Origin: a virus
Virus record (IMG/VR): IMGVR_UViG_3300045971_000149
Location: 64,001 to 128,000 of that record
DNA length: 64,000 nt
Strand: one strand, 5' to 3'
In this document: positions 7,568-17,641 of the stretch, one piece after another
Layout: the number at the start of each line of letters is the position of its first letter
How positions within the stretch are numbered: the stretch's first letter is position 1
Program-made: the position numbers and the translations under genes
Notes under the pieces: model-generated
Databases searched by the model: none
What the model saw: the letters and a program-made list of their open reading frames with translations, nothing else
Told to the model about the DNA's origin: nothing

Positions 7568-7681
7568 GTCTAGGTTAGCATCTCCGGGTGCTAACTAAAA
7601 CTACAATACACATAATACACATACAGGAATTACAAAAACACACCTAAAACACACACAGTAAATTTTATAAGGAGGACAGAT

Positions 7682-8404
7682 ATGTCTATGAAACGCATTG
7701 CATTACATGCGATAATAGTAGTATCGGCCCTGGCTTTCACAAGTGTTAGTCAAGCCGAGACCCCGGAAGTAGTAGCAGAGGGTCAATCAAGTTGGGTATC
7801 GAATGCAAGTTCGAGCCTATCAGGGTTAGTGGGAGTTTTCACTTCCGCAACACCCCTAAAAAAAGTAGACGCTAAAGAATTGCAGTGTCTATCGAAAAAT
7901 ATATATTTCGAAGCAGGTATCGAACCCATAGAGGGTAAGGTAGCAGTGGGTCTAGTCACCTTGAACCGTGTAAACGATGGGCGTTTCGGAGGGTCAGTGT
8001 GTGACGTAGTGGACCAAAAGACTGTAAAAGAGGTAACTAGCAGTAGGGTCGTGGAGACCCCCAGCCCTGTAGTAACGGGGGTATGGATTTTTACCCGGAC
8101 AGTCACCATTGTAAATAGAGAGGTAGTTAACGTAGTTAGCAGGGTATCGGTATGTCAGTTCAGCTGGCGATGCAATCCTGTTAAGACCCCCAAGAAAACT
8201 GATGCCCGCTGGGTAGAGAGTCAACGGGTGGCCCACGAGTTACTTGCCAAGGAAGATGCTTACCCTGAAGTTAGGGAAAAGTATAACGATGCATTATATT
8301 TTCATTCGGGCGCTCGTCCGATATGGGCGAAGATGAAAAGCATTGTTGGACGCATCGGCGGACACTATTTCTATAGTGAACGAGAGGAATACGCAAGAAA
8401 CTAA
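7682..8404 (+). CDS. cell wall hydrolase (SleB/Hydrolase_2-like) with signal peptide
   Basis: CLSKNIYFEAG, VAVGLVTLNRV, CQFSW, ALYFH, IGGHYFY motifs; AAGGAGG RBS. Confidence 0.9.
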   Translation: MSMKRIALHAIIVVSALAFTSVSQAETPEVVAEGQSSWVSNASSSLSGLVGVFTSATPLKKVDAKELQCLSKNIYFEAGIEPIEGKVAVGLVTLNRVNDGRFGGSVCDVVDQKTVKEVTSSRVVETPSPVVTGVWIFTRTVTIVNREVVNVVSRVSVCQFSWRCNPVKTPKKTDARWVESQRVAHELLAKEDAYPEVREKYNDALYFHSGARPIWAKMKSIVGRIGGHYFYSEREEYARN

Positions 8405-8424
8405 CTGCCATACTAAATACTGAT

Positions 8425-8649
8425 ATGAGAGCCTACGAATTTATCCTATCAGAACAAAAAACAGATCCAGCCCTATGCCGTTCCGGACGTCGTTTGGGTA
8501 ACAGTGATCACGCTAGCTGTGTGAGCCAAGGGCTCCGAGCTCACACATCTAAAGGCAAAGGCCATACAGACGGCAAAGGCCATTACCTAAAGGGTAAGCG
8601 CGCCAAGTCCACAAAGTATGGCGGCGATGTTCCAGATTACGGCGAGTAA
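8425..8649 (+). CDS. small basic late protein, possibly head-internal
   Basis: MRAYEFILSE N-terminus; TAAATA 5 nt upstream. Confidence 0.7.
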   Translation: MRAYEFILSEQKTDPALCRSGRRLGNSDHASCVSQGLRAHTSKGKGHTDGKGHYLKGKRAKSTKYGGDVPDYGE

Positions 8650-8675
8650 TTAATTACGTTGTTTAAATATGCTGT

Positions 8676-10037
8676 ATGAGCATACGGCATCAACACATTA
8701 TCCCGATTATCAACCAAATTAGCCCGACGTTCTGTTTAGCTAAATGGCACCATACCACAATATATCTACAGACTGGGGAAACACATAGCTGTTATCACCC
8801 ACGTCCACATAGCATCCCCATTGCAGAGTTAACTAACAATCCCGGCGCATTACATAATACGTTACAAAAGAAAGCTGAAAGAGCTGAAATGGTCGCGGGT
8901 AATAAACCACAAGGGTGTAACTATTGCTGGAATATAGAAGCAATGGGCGACGAGTATATAAGTGATCGTAAAGAGCGAAATGCAAGCATTTATACTCCTG
9001 AGCGATTTGAAGCAATACAGCAATCACCGATGGCCGACGTCAACCCGCAATATATTGAAATAAGTTTCGGTAATGAGTGTAACTTCAAGTGTGGGTATTG
9101 CCATCCAAAACATTCTAGTTCGTATCAAAAAGAGATAAAAGACTTTGGTCCTTATACTATGGTAAAGAATCATCGTAATGATATCAATTGGTTTACTACA
9201 TACGAAGAAGAGACTAACCCATATGTAGCTGCATGGTGGGCATGGTGGCCCGAAGTATCAAAGACATTAACTATACTTCGCATTACAGGGGGTGAGCCTT
9301 TACTGCAAGCATCTACTTGGCGTTTATTCGAAGAGTTGTCTGCAAACCCAATGCCCGACTTAGAACTTAATCTTAATAGCAACTTAGGAGTAAAGCCTGT
9401 ATTGGTGCAGCGCCTTATTGAAAAGGTAAACGCACTGGTAGCTGGTGGCAGGATAAAGAGCTTCAAGCTGTTTACTAGTCTCGATACCTGGGGTAAGAGG
9501 GCAGAGTATATCCGTACTGGCCTTGACCTAGATGTATGGGAACAAAACTTTAATGCATATATGACTCAAACTAATCTACCCATTACGTTTATGGTAACGT
9601 TTAACGCACTCACTGTGACTAGCTTTACTTCGCTATTAGAGAAGTTCTTAGAGTGGAGAACTCGTTACAACGGAACTGATCAAACAAAATGGCAACGTAT
9701 TAGATTTGATACTCCTTACCTTAAAGAGCCGTTGCAGTATGATATGAACATCTTGCCAAAGGAAGAGTTTATGCCCTACATGTATGCTACATTAAAATAC
9801 ATTGCTGATAACGTAGATGCTACAGATAGAACTAAGTTTAGTCAAGAAGAACATGATAAGTTTCTGCGAGTAGTCAAGTATATGGAAACAACTCATTACT
9901 CTGCAGAAAAACTAACAGAAGGACGATCTGACTTTTATAATTGGTTTACTGAATATGATCGTAGGCGTGATACTAACTTTGCAGAAACTTTCCCTGAGAT
10001 GATAGATTTTTATACAGTGTCGGCAAGGGAAATGTAA
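8676..10037 (+). CDS. radical SAM protein with N-terminal twitch-like domain
   Basis: CNFKCGYC, ITGGEPLL, N-terminal FCLAKW...SCYH...CNYCW. Confidence 0.9.
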   Translation: MSIRHQHIIPIINQISPTFCLAKWHHTTIYLQTGETHSCYHPRPHSIPIAELTNNPGALHNTLQKKAERAEMVAGNKPQGCNYCWNIEAMGDEYISDRKERNASIYTPERFEAIQQSPMADVNPQYIEISFGNECNFKCGYCHPKHSSSYQKEIKDFGPYTMVKNHRNDINWFTTYEEETNPYVAAWWAWWPEVSKTLTILRITGGEPLLQASTWRLFEELSANPMPDLELNLNSNLGVKPVLVQRLIEKVNALVAGGRIKSFKLFTSLDTWGKRAEYIRTGLDLDVWEQNFNAYMTQTNLPITFMVTFNALTVTSFTSLLEKFLEWRTRYNGTDQTKWQRIRFDTPYLKEPLQYDMNILPKEEFMPYMYATLKYIADNVDATDRTKFSQEEHDKFLRVVKYMETTHYSAEKLTEGRSDFYNWFTEYDRRRDTNFAETFPEMIDFYTVSAREM

Positions 10038-11332
10038 TGCATTTTGTATTTGAAAAATTATCACCCGAAGCATCTGAAAATTTTATTAACTGTCCAGATG
10101 TAAACAACTCGGGCATTCGCCGATTTACTCCTAGCCCGGTAATAAATGCAGTGATTCACAATAGTACCCGTAACATATCATATTCGTCCCAAGTGCCCGA
10201 CGAAAAATATATAATTGCATCGGGAGTTGCACATAGCCCCGGAGGATGGTGTGGCCCCGATAGCGAAAATAACGGATTTGATAAAAGGGATCCTAATAAG
10301 CAATCAGTGTTTGCCCATCTAAGTGAACAATATCTTAAAGATTTGCAAACAGGTAAAGCATGGTTACTTCTTGATCAATCACACGAAGGACATCATGTGT
10401 TGTGGCTGTGGGATTGGTTTCATAATAACTGTAATACATATAACATTAATCCTAGCCAAATTATATATGTCACTGGAAACCTAAACAGCAGTTCTGATTA
10501 TGCTGATTGGTTAACTTCGAAAAATTTATCAACCGGGATGTTAGTTATACCAGCAACACATTTTGAATCATTTATGTGCTGGATGGCATCTATTGATAAA
10601 ATTGTTAATGATCTATCAGCTAAATCTCACATAGAGTACAAAACTAACAACTTAGAAAAGATTAAGGTTTATAATGCATTACAAAAAAGACCCCGGGTAC
10701 ATCGAATTTGGTTATTTAAATCTCTAGTTGAAAACAATTTATTAGATAGTGGTATCAATAGTATGAATTCGTTTTCTTACCTGCATAGTTATTTTGAAGG
10801 TCGACATATGAATGTCAATGAATATAATACTATAGCAAACTTACTACCTATGTTATCCCCTACTGATAATAACTTAGCAAAATTTTCTAATACCGTAAGT
10901 GGACACTATATTACAGATTTTAATGAACAACATATGTTAAATTCATGGGTAAGTGTAATTAGTGAAGCATCATTTGGTGATTCAGAAAGAACTTGCTTTA
11001 TTAGCGAAAAAACATTTAAGACTATCGCATGCTATCACCCTTTTATTATATTCGGAAACAAAGGATCGTTAGCGCATCTTCGTAAGTTAGGTTATAAAAC
11101 GTTTAGTCCGTTTATCGATGAAACTTATGATTCTTTACCTACATGGGAACGAATTTCGGCAATCATTGTAGAGATTAACAAAATAAAAAATATGACATCT
11201 TATGAAAAATTAGAGTGGTATAAAGGAATGACAGAAATAGTAACACACAATTATAATGTGTTAAAGAATAATTCAGCATCTTATGCTAACTTGCACTATA
11301 CACAACTAGCATCTCACTGTAATATTAGTTAA
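10037..11332 (+). CDS. putative glycosyltransferase (GT10-like C-terminus)
   Basis: SVISE...FISEKTFKTIA..HPFIIFG...LRKLGYKTF. Confidence 0.55.
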   Translation: MHFVFEKLSPEASENFINCPDVNNSGIRRFTPSPVINAVIHNSTRNISYSSQVPDEKYIIASGVAHSPGGWCGPDSENNGFDKRDPNKQSVFAHLSEQYLKDLQTGKAWLLLDQSHEGHHVLWLWDWFHNNCNTYNINPSQIIYVTGNLNSSSDYADWLTSKNLSTGMLVIPATHFESFMCWMASIDKIVNDLSAKSHIEYKTNNLEKIKVYNALQKRPRVHRIWLFKSLVENNLLDSGINSMNSFSYLHSYFEGRHMNVNEYNTIANLLPMLSPTDNNLAKFSNTVSGHYITDFNEQHMLNSWVSVISEASFGDSERTCFISEKTFKTIACYHPFIIFGNKGSLAHLRKLGYKTFSPFIDETYDSLPTWERISAIIVEINKIKNMTSYEKLEWYKGMTEIVTHNYNVLKNNSASYANLHYTQLASHCNIS

Positions 11333-11856
11333 TGAAAATACTATGTACCGGGAATCCTGTTGCAGGTATTGCTAAGGAGTTACAAAGTCTATATCCAGAT
11401 ACTTGCTTTATATCCAGGACAAACGGGTATGATTTATCAACGATTGAAGGCATAGATAAGTTTAAAGAGTTGTTACCTAATTACGATGTGTTTATTAATC
11501 ATTCTCAATTACTACCTGGTACTCAACAACTATTACTACAACATGCCTATGCAATATGGAATTCAGGGCATGTTATTAATATCGGTAGTGTCTTAGAGTT
11601 TAAACAGTGGGAATGGATAGAACCCGATGCTGCTGAAGACAAACGGCAATTGCGAGAGCGAAGTTTAGCCTTGGGAAATGAGTTATTCAAAACTACTCAT
11701 CTTATAATTGGTGGAATACGAGATAATGATATTTGTCGAATGCATCCAGTACATGTTGCTAAAGCAATAATGTGGATACTAGAAAATGAAGTTCATATCC
11801 CGATGCTTTACATTGATAAACTATCTAACGAAGTATTATCTAAAAGGAAATATTAG
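11332..11856 (+). CDS. short-chain dehydrogenase/reductase-like protein
   Basis: ILCTG..AGIAKEL, DVFINHS, VINIGS. Confidence 0.7.
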   Translation: MKILCTGNPVAGIAKELQSLYPDTCFISRTNGYDLSTIEGIDKFKELLPNYDVFINHSQLLPGTQQLLLQHAYAIWNSGHVINIGSVLEFKQWEWIEPDAAEDKRQLRERSLALGNELFKTTHLIIGGIRDNDICRMHPVHVAKAIMWILENEVHIPMLYIDKLSNEVLSKRKY

Positions 11857-12436
11857 TTGCAAGTATCTCAGGTACTTTACTTACTGGTACTTTAAATATT
11901 AAATGTGCTCGATCAGTACTTCCGAGATTATTTGTACTATGCATTAACGATGTGTTTACTAAGTATATTTTTCCAGGAGTTAATACAAACCGTTCGTTAT
12001 CGAATATAAAATAACTTTGATCGTTTCCGGTAATAGGGATATGTATTTTAAAGTACTCTTCATCACAGTATATTTCTTTATCGATGTGAGCATCTATAAT
12101 AGATCCAGGATTATGCACTGTAATACTTGCCTGCCTAGCACATGGAAATGCGTTAATGCATTTTTCTGCAAATCCGAATAATAATTTAGTAGGAGTATCA
12201 AACTGGTTATTATCTGTAGGACTCGGCGGCACCCATTCTGGGGGTAAATGCAGTGGAGCACACGGAATTGTAATATCTGCTAATTTAGTGTGGATCGCCC
12301 AAGCATGCCCGGTAAATTGTGATTCGAAGTTTGGCACCCATTTTAAATCTTGATGCTGCTCTTTGATTATTGCATAGTAATCGAGTAACTCTTGAAAAGA
12401 AAATGTAACATTATCGAGTTCTTTTATTGTGAACAT
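11840..12436 (-). CDS. AspH-like 2OG-Fe(II) oxygenase
   Basis: PGSIIDAHID...IHIPI...NTSLMHSTNN...RAHLIF. Confidence 0.85.
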   Translation of the reverse strand: MFTIKELDNVTFSFQELLDYYAIIKEQHQDLKWVPNFESQFTGHAWAIHTKLADITIPCAPLHLPPEWVPPSPTDNNQFDTPTKLLFGFAEKCINAFPCARQASITVHNPGSIIDAHIDKEIYCDEEYFKIHIPITGNDQSYFIFDNERFVLTPGKIYLVNTSLMHSTNNLGSTDRAHLIFKVPVSKVPEILATNISF

Positions 12437-12447
12437 ATTATCTGCGA

Positions 12448-13353
12448 CTATCTAACTGAAATAAAATCTGGTGATAAATGGGTATCGGATGTTTTTATCA
12501 TACTATGCTCGGCTACCCAATTATACGGTTTATGTTTATCTAATGCAGTGCCTATACAAATAAATGATTGTGGTATTAGGGTGTCAACTGTATATTCCCC
12601 ATACTTTAAATGTAATATATCTTCAATGGGTTTTATTTTTTCACTGAAATAATTAAAGCTGTTACAAAATGCTAATTGATATCCTCGATCCAATGCAGTG
12701 AGTCCTATTCTAGAATATACTCTCCCCATTTGAAAATAGTATAATACATCGAATTGTTTAGGAGGAATACTAATTATCAACGGAGCATTCATTTGCGGAA
12801 TATGTATGTTACCGGGCTTACCCTCTCCTTCCCAATAAATCGCTAACGAATACATTATTTCACGCACTTTAGGATCTGTAATTACAACCTTATGTCCGGA
12901 ATTATCTATTAGAAAAGTATCAATTAACTCATTAATAATTTTCAAAGTTGTAACGTCTACAGGGGTATCGGTGTTAAATGAACGTTGACTATGCTTTAGT
13001 GTTTCGTATTTGTCTAAGCTACCAGAAAACGTAAAATTATTGTTGCTAACTCTTACAAATATTTCCTTGTCAGATGTTGTAACTGAATACGGTATATTAT
13101 GTTCATTTAGAAAATATTCAATACTACCCACTGAAAGTCCTGCATGTTCCCATTCTTCGAATCTATTAACATGTTCTGGCATAGATGATTCATTTTCACG
13201 CCTTGGATCTATTTTAGTGTATTGATTAGTTGGTGTAAAGATTAATACAATATTGGTGTCATCAACTTCTTGTAGACTACATTGAAAAAATGTACGGCCA
13301 CATCGAACTGGAGAAATAAACACCAGATGTTTGAGAATATTTAAAAGTTCCAT
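12448..13353 (-). CDS. nitroreductase-like protein
   Basis: QRSFN and C-terminal MG...LTALDRGYQLAFC...ICIG. Confidence 0.55.
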   Translation of the reverse strand: MELLNILKHLVFISPVRCGRTFFQCSLQEVDDTNIVLIFTPTNQYTKIDPRRENESSMPEHVNRFEEWEHAGLSVGSIEYFLNEHNIPYSVTTSDKEIFVRVSNNNFTFSGSLDKYETLKHSQRSFNTDTPVDVTTLKIINELIDTFLIDNSGHKVVITDPKVREIMYSLAIYWEGEGKPGNIHIPQMNAPLIISIPPKQFDVLYYFQMGRVYSRIGLTALDRGYQLAFCNSFNYFSEKIKPIEDILHLKYGEYTVDTLIPQSFICIGTALDKHKPYNWVAEHSMIKTSDTHLSPDFISVR

Positions 13354-13367
13354 ATTAACTCCAAATT

Positions 13368-14225
13368 TTATTTAAATGCAATATCAGGCAATACAAATGT
13401 TGCCTCTTCTAACTGATGTCCTGGCTCTCTATATTCAGTTAATATTAAATGAGCTCTTGGCTTATCCCAAGGATTTATAACAGTATGCAACATTTTTGGT
13501 ATCAACATCCATGCTTCACCGACAGGCATGTGCATCTTGTAGTACTTGTCTGTATCACCTTCATCTCTACATAAAAATTGCACATCTGGACGAGTAGTAA
13601 TAGGAACATGGTACCTGAGATATAAGTTTGCATCATTGTGTAAGTTATATCGTCTGCAGGGATTAACCCATAATATTCTAATTCCGCCGACCCATTTCCG
13701 TTGAAAGTTAGTTTCGTGCCATTCAATTAACGAATCAATTATTGTTTTTATATACAATCCATCTAATTCTTCTAAAAATTCTGTAGCATCTCCGGGGAAG
13801 TAACCTTGTTCAGTTTGCCAAGAGATGTGCCCTCTATTTTTTAAATATCTATCTTTTCCAGTAAGCCCAGGCTTATAGCTTAAATTTAAATCAAAGAAGA
13901 TAGGAGTAGTTGGATTGCCTAACGATTTCCATTTTTCAGAAAACCACTGGTTAGCTTCTACTTCCATGTCTTGATAACTGGCATATCCTAATCTGTGTGC
14001 TAGCTCAGTAAAGCTATTTAATAATTGCTCTTCGTCAATATCTACCATTATGGGATGATTGTCGGGAATTGAGTTAACTTCTTCTGCGGCATTTAAAATG
14101 TTATCAACATTGTACCCGTCGGGTATGTGATGCGGCCTAGTTAAGCTAGGCGCAGCATCTTTAATTGTATTATAATTTTTTGAATTGTTGTTGTAGTCTA
14201 ACGGTAAAAACTTAAAATGTTTCAT
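13368..14225 (-). CDS. AspH-like 2OG-Fe(II) oxygenase
   Basis: YNLHND..LRYHVPI...HTVIN...RAHLI. Confidence 0.8.
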   Translation of the reverse strand: MKHFKFLPLDYNNNSKNYNTIKDAAPSLTRPHHIPDGYNVDNILNAAEEVNSIPDNHPIMVDIDEEQLLNSFTELAHRLGYASYQDMEVEANQWFSEKWKSLGNPTTPIFFDLNLSYKPGLTGKDRYLKNRGHISWQTEQGYFPGDATEFLEELDGLYIKTIIDSLIEWHETNFQRKWVGGIRILWVNPCRRYNLHNDANLYLRYHVPITTRPDVQFLCRDEGDTDKYYKMHMPVGEAWMLIPKMLHTVINPWDKPRAHLILTEYREPGHQLEEATFVLPDIAFK

Positions 14226-14277
14226 TATATATTCTCTTAAATTTATTTAGTGCGTACAATTACTGATAAGTAGCATT

Positions 14278-14934
14278 ATGAACACTACAAAAGATTACTA
14301 TGTTTCTGATGCTAAGTTTTTAGAATTGGATATAGATGTGCCGTATGTTGAAATGTTGAAAGAAGCACAACAGCTAACACATAGATTTACTTCACACAGA
14401 TACGGCGAAGACCAACATAACGGTTGGAAAAGTCTGGCACTATACGGCATTGAAGAAGATAAACATGAGAATTGGAATATATACGGGTATACATCGGCAT
14501 TAGATGCTGCTAAAGATTTTAAGTGGACTGCGGCAGCATATGAATGCCCTACTATTATGAATTTCTTAATAAACAAGTTTCCATCTAAGAGATATGGCAG
14601 AGTTAGACTTATGCTATTAGAAGCCGGCGGGCATATTGCACCCCATAGTGATACCAGTCACCGCTTGTTGGAAAATATTAATATACCTCTTAGTAATCCT
14701 AAAGAATGTGTGTGGCACTGGGGTGATGGTACACACTTAGATATGAAACCCGGTACTCCTTATGCGATGAATATTAGTTATGTGCACAGTATAGAAAATA
14801 ACAGCACAGAAGACCGATTACATTTAATTGTGGCAAGGCACGACTCTACCCTAGCGTGGAAACAATTAATTGAACGTGCCGCTGCCAAAGCCGGTGTAAC
14901 CGGTCATTACATCACACACGAAATTGCAGTTTAA
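14278..14934 (+). CDS. AspH-like 2OG-Fe(II) oxygenase
   Basis: RVRLMLLEAGGHIAPHSD...HSIEN...RLHLIV. Confidence 0.9.
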   Translation: MNTTKDYYVSDAKFLELDIDVPYVEMLKEAQQLTHRFTSHRYGEDQHNGWKSLALYGIEEDKHENWNIYGYTSALDAAKDFKWTAAAYECPTIMNFLINKFPSKRYGRVRLMLLEAGGHIAPHSDTSHRLLENINIPLSNPKECVWHWGDGTHLDMKPGTPYAMNISYVHSIENNSTEDRLHLIVARHDSTLAWKQLIERAAAKAGVTGHYITHEIAV

Positions 14935-16355
14935 CCTAGTGGCCTAATACTAACCCAATCTTTAGAATGCCATGGCGCTTTTTTTAATTCGTTTATATCA
15001 GTAAGCTCGAAGTCTTTTGCAAATCCAGTAAGCGTTTGCCTTCGAGTTAGATATCCATCAGACGCTCGCGAAGTCATAATTATTGTAATATTAGGATCGA
15101 CGTTTTGTATCTTAGTAATTAGTTTATTCTCACAAGATATTCTATACTTCAAGCTCTGCGTAGCTACATACGGGCTGTGAGTAAACACATCGCTTAAATT
15201 TATCAGAGTTTTCTTACCAGGAACTATCCAGTCTAGATTATAACTTGCCATATAATCTATTAAAATATACTCAAATTTAAGCTGTTTAATCTTCGCCCAG
15301 GTTTCTTTCCAATTGGGATGCATAACAATAAATTTATCCCACTCGTCCCTTGTCCAATTAACATAAGCATTAATATCTTTGCTAAAATTATTTGGAGTAA
15401 TAGGACGATGCTTATCGTAAAAGTCTGAATAGTTTTCTCCGTCCCACTCTTCGACCATTGCCTTCATGAATTGCAATGTACTATGATTTATATCAGTGAA
15501 TATAACTTTAGTATCGGGGGTGGTAGTTATTCTATCTAAGTAGGTAATCCAAAATACACCAATTCCAACAGTAATATATTGTTCAACTGGCCCTTCAAAT
15601 GGAATACTTTCCTTAAACTGGTCGGAGTTCCACGAAGGAATAAAGTTATTACAAAAGAATTGATTATAGTATATATCGGATACTTGTCTTAAGAATACAT
15701 GATCGTATTCGTAGTATAGATATTTCTTACTTTCTCTAATGTCCGGGCCTAAGTCAACTACTACTTTGTTATTCTTTAACGCGGTGGAAATTAAATTCCA
15801 TCCATGCATTTTCATATTATAAGTCTTTTCAATTGTGCCTGGTTTAATCCAAGCTGCAACTTCGTGATCTCCGTATAAACATTCTTCGCTTCGGATAGGT
15901 TCAATTTGAGTATGTACAATCTCTTCCGGTTGACCTAAAGAAGGGCATCCTAGTTCCACATAATCTGCAAGACGAACTATGTAAAACTGATGATGTAATT
16001 CGTAATATGCATTTTGATAATACGACTTTTCATTTCTTTGCAGTACATGCCCCGCAACAAAGAATTCTTGTTGGCAAAGCTTTTCTATAGCAGGAAATAG
16101 TTTATCGTTTAAACCTAAAGACATCCCCATAGCAATAATTACTGCATGAGAATATCCTTCAGTGCTAACTTCCTTTAACAGTGCATCTTCATCTTTGCCG
16201 ATGAATATATCATATCCTTGCATGTTGAATCGGTGTATTAGAAAATCTGATATATTGATCGATACTTCTGTTGCCCAACTACTTTGATATAAGTCTCTGT
16301 TATCTACAATGCAGCAAACAATAGGATTCTTGTTTTGTTTAATAAAATTTACCAT
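14931..16355 (-). CDS. large hypothetical protein (possible transferase domains)
   Basis: 474 aa ORF; VIFTDIN segment resembles a SAM-binding strand. Confidence 0.6.
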   Translation of the reverse strand: MVNFIKQNKNPIVCCIVDNRDLYQSSWATEVSINISDFLIHRFNMQGYDIFIGKDEDALLKEVSTEGYSHAVIIAMGMSLGLNDKLFPAIEKLCQQEFFVAGHVLQRNEKSYYQNAYYELHHQFYIVRLADYVELGCPSLGQPEEIVHTQIEPIRSEECLYGDHEVAAWIKPGTIEKTYNMKMHGWNLISTALKNNKVVVDLGPDIRESKKYLYYEYDHVFLRQVSDIYYNQFFCNNFIPSWNSDQFKESIPFEGPVEQYITVGIGVFWITYLDRITTTPDTKVIFTDINHSTLQFMKAMVEEWDGENYSDFYDKHRPITPNNFSKDINAYVNWTRDEWDKFIVMHPNWKETWAKIKQLKFEYILIDYMASYNLDWIVPGKKTLINLSDVFTHSPYVATQSLKYRISCENKLITKIQNVDPNITIIMTSRASDGYLTRRQTLTGFAKDFELTDINELKKAPWHSKDWVSIRPLG

Positions 16356-16915
16356 TTAGGGTATTGCTCCAAGTCTTTTAAAAATATTTCAGGAAAAAAT
16401 TGCCATACAGTTTGCATCGTACCTCTATACTGTACTTCTGCTGCAATTTTCATTATGCCTTTCTTTGCAAGTGCAGGACCAAACGTTCTATGCACTTTGC
16501 GTTGTGTTCCTACGGCATTTTCATTTGATGTAATATATAACGATGCGCCTTTAGGTGCCCATTCTATACATGCAGGTATTAAGAATTGCGCAGTAGGATT
16601 CTGATGGTGTGTTATAACACTAATAGTTCGTAATGCACTTCCGTACACTCCTTCTAACTTATCAGTGAATATGCATGTTCTTGCTGCAATACGATAACTG
16701 TTAGTCCCCATAACATCGTCAAAAGAATGTGCTGCCACACTACCTACAACAGTATCGTTAAAGTATAGCAACCACGTTTGCTTTTCTCGTTCGTTATTAA
16801 AACAGTCAACAAGCATATGTTTGCTAGAGTTATTATCAAAACCCCGTGCAGCAGCAGATGAATAAAACTCTGTAAGATCTAATTCGTTACTAAACGGTAC
16901 TACTTTAAATGACAT
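16349..16915 (-). CDS. GNAT-like acyltransferase
   Basis: WLLYFNDTVVGSVAAH...YRIAARTC pattern. Confidence 0.5.
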   Translation of the reverse strand: MSFKVVPFSNELDLTEFYSSAAARGFDNNSSKHMLVDCFNNEREKQTWLLYFNDTVVGSVAAHSFDDVMGTNSYRIAARTCIFTDKLEGVYGSALRTISVITHHQNPTAQFLIPACIEWAPKGASLYITSNENAVGTQRKVHRTFGPALAKKGIMKIAAEVQYRGTMQTVWQFFPEIFLKDLEQYPKW

Positions 16916-17603
16916 TCATTACCTTTTTAATAAAGTCTGCAGGATAATTTTTAGAGAAACTTTGCCAACATAGTTGTTCTAATGTTTCAAACTTCTGTGG
17001 TTCATCCCATACTATTCCTAACGATTCAATATGCTTACGCATAATATCTTGTCGTGTGCTATATATGTGACTCTCAACATCTTTAATACTAATCAATGTA
17101 TCTTTGTTATTGTACGTAAAGAAATAGTTTATGCTCTTTAGCTTACCGTTAACAATAAAGTAACTACTCGGATGCATACTGTATTTGAACAGACCGATGC
17201 TTTTATGTGCCTTTATAATGGTAAGCATTTGCTCTTGCCAATCCGGCAATACTTTATCGAAGTTTTCCGACAGGCACCCTGCCTGTTCCCAAAAGTCAGG
17301 ACCGTCTATACTTAGGTATAATTTTCGTTCATTATAGTCTACATCTAATATCGTCGGAACTAGGTTTGGAAACTGTGCAGCCATTTGGTATAGATACTTA
17401 ATTTCTCTATTCCATTTCTCGTGCATTAGTATAGGATCAACCACTTGGTTTTGTCCTTTGTGGTACTCTCCGTCGTTAAAGTACCATTGACAAAACACCT
17501 TTTGATCTGTTGATATAAGTGATGTGTATATCAAATTATTACGACAAGGCCCTGTCCCCGGGATATTGTTGTAATAGTAGTCGAATGAAGAAATATGTTG
17601 CAT
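16905..17603 (-). CDS. protein-kinase-like fold protein (paralog of 22104-22784)
   Basis: REIKYL, VPTILDVD, KYSMHPSSYFI, LKSINYF. Confidence 0.5.
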   Translation of the reverse strand: MQHISSFDYYYNNIPGTGPCRNNLIYTSLISTDQKVFCQWYFNDGEYHKGQNQVVDPILMHEKWNREIKYLYQMAAQFPNLVPTILDVDYNERKLYLSIDGPDFWEQAGCLSENFDKVLPDWQEQMLTIIKAHKSIGLFKYSMHPSSYFIVNGKLKSINYFFTYNNKDTLISIKDVESHIYSTRQDIMRKHIESLGIVWDEPQKFETLEQLCWQSFSKNYPADFIKKVMNVI

Positions 17604-17641
17604 ACTCTAATTTAGCAATAAATACCTACATAATAAACATT

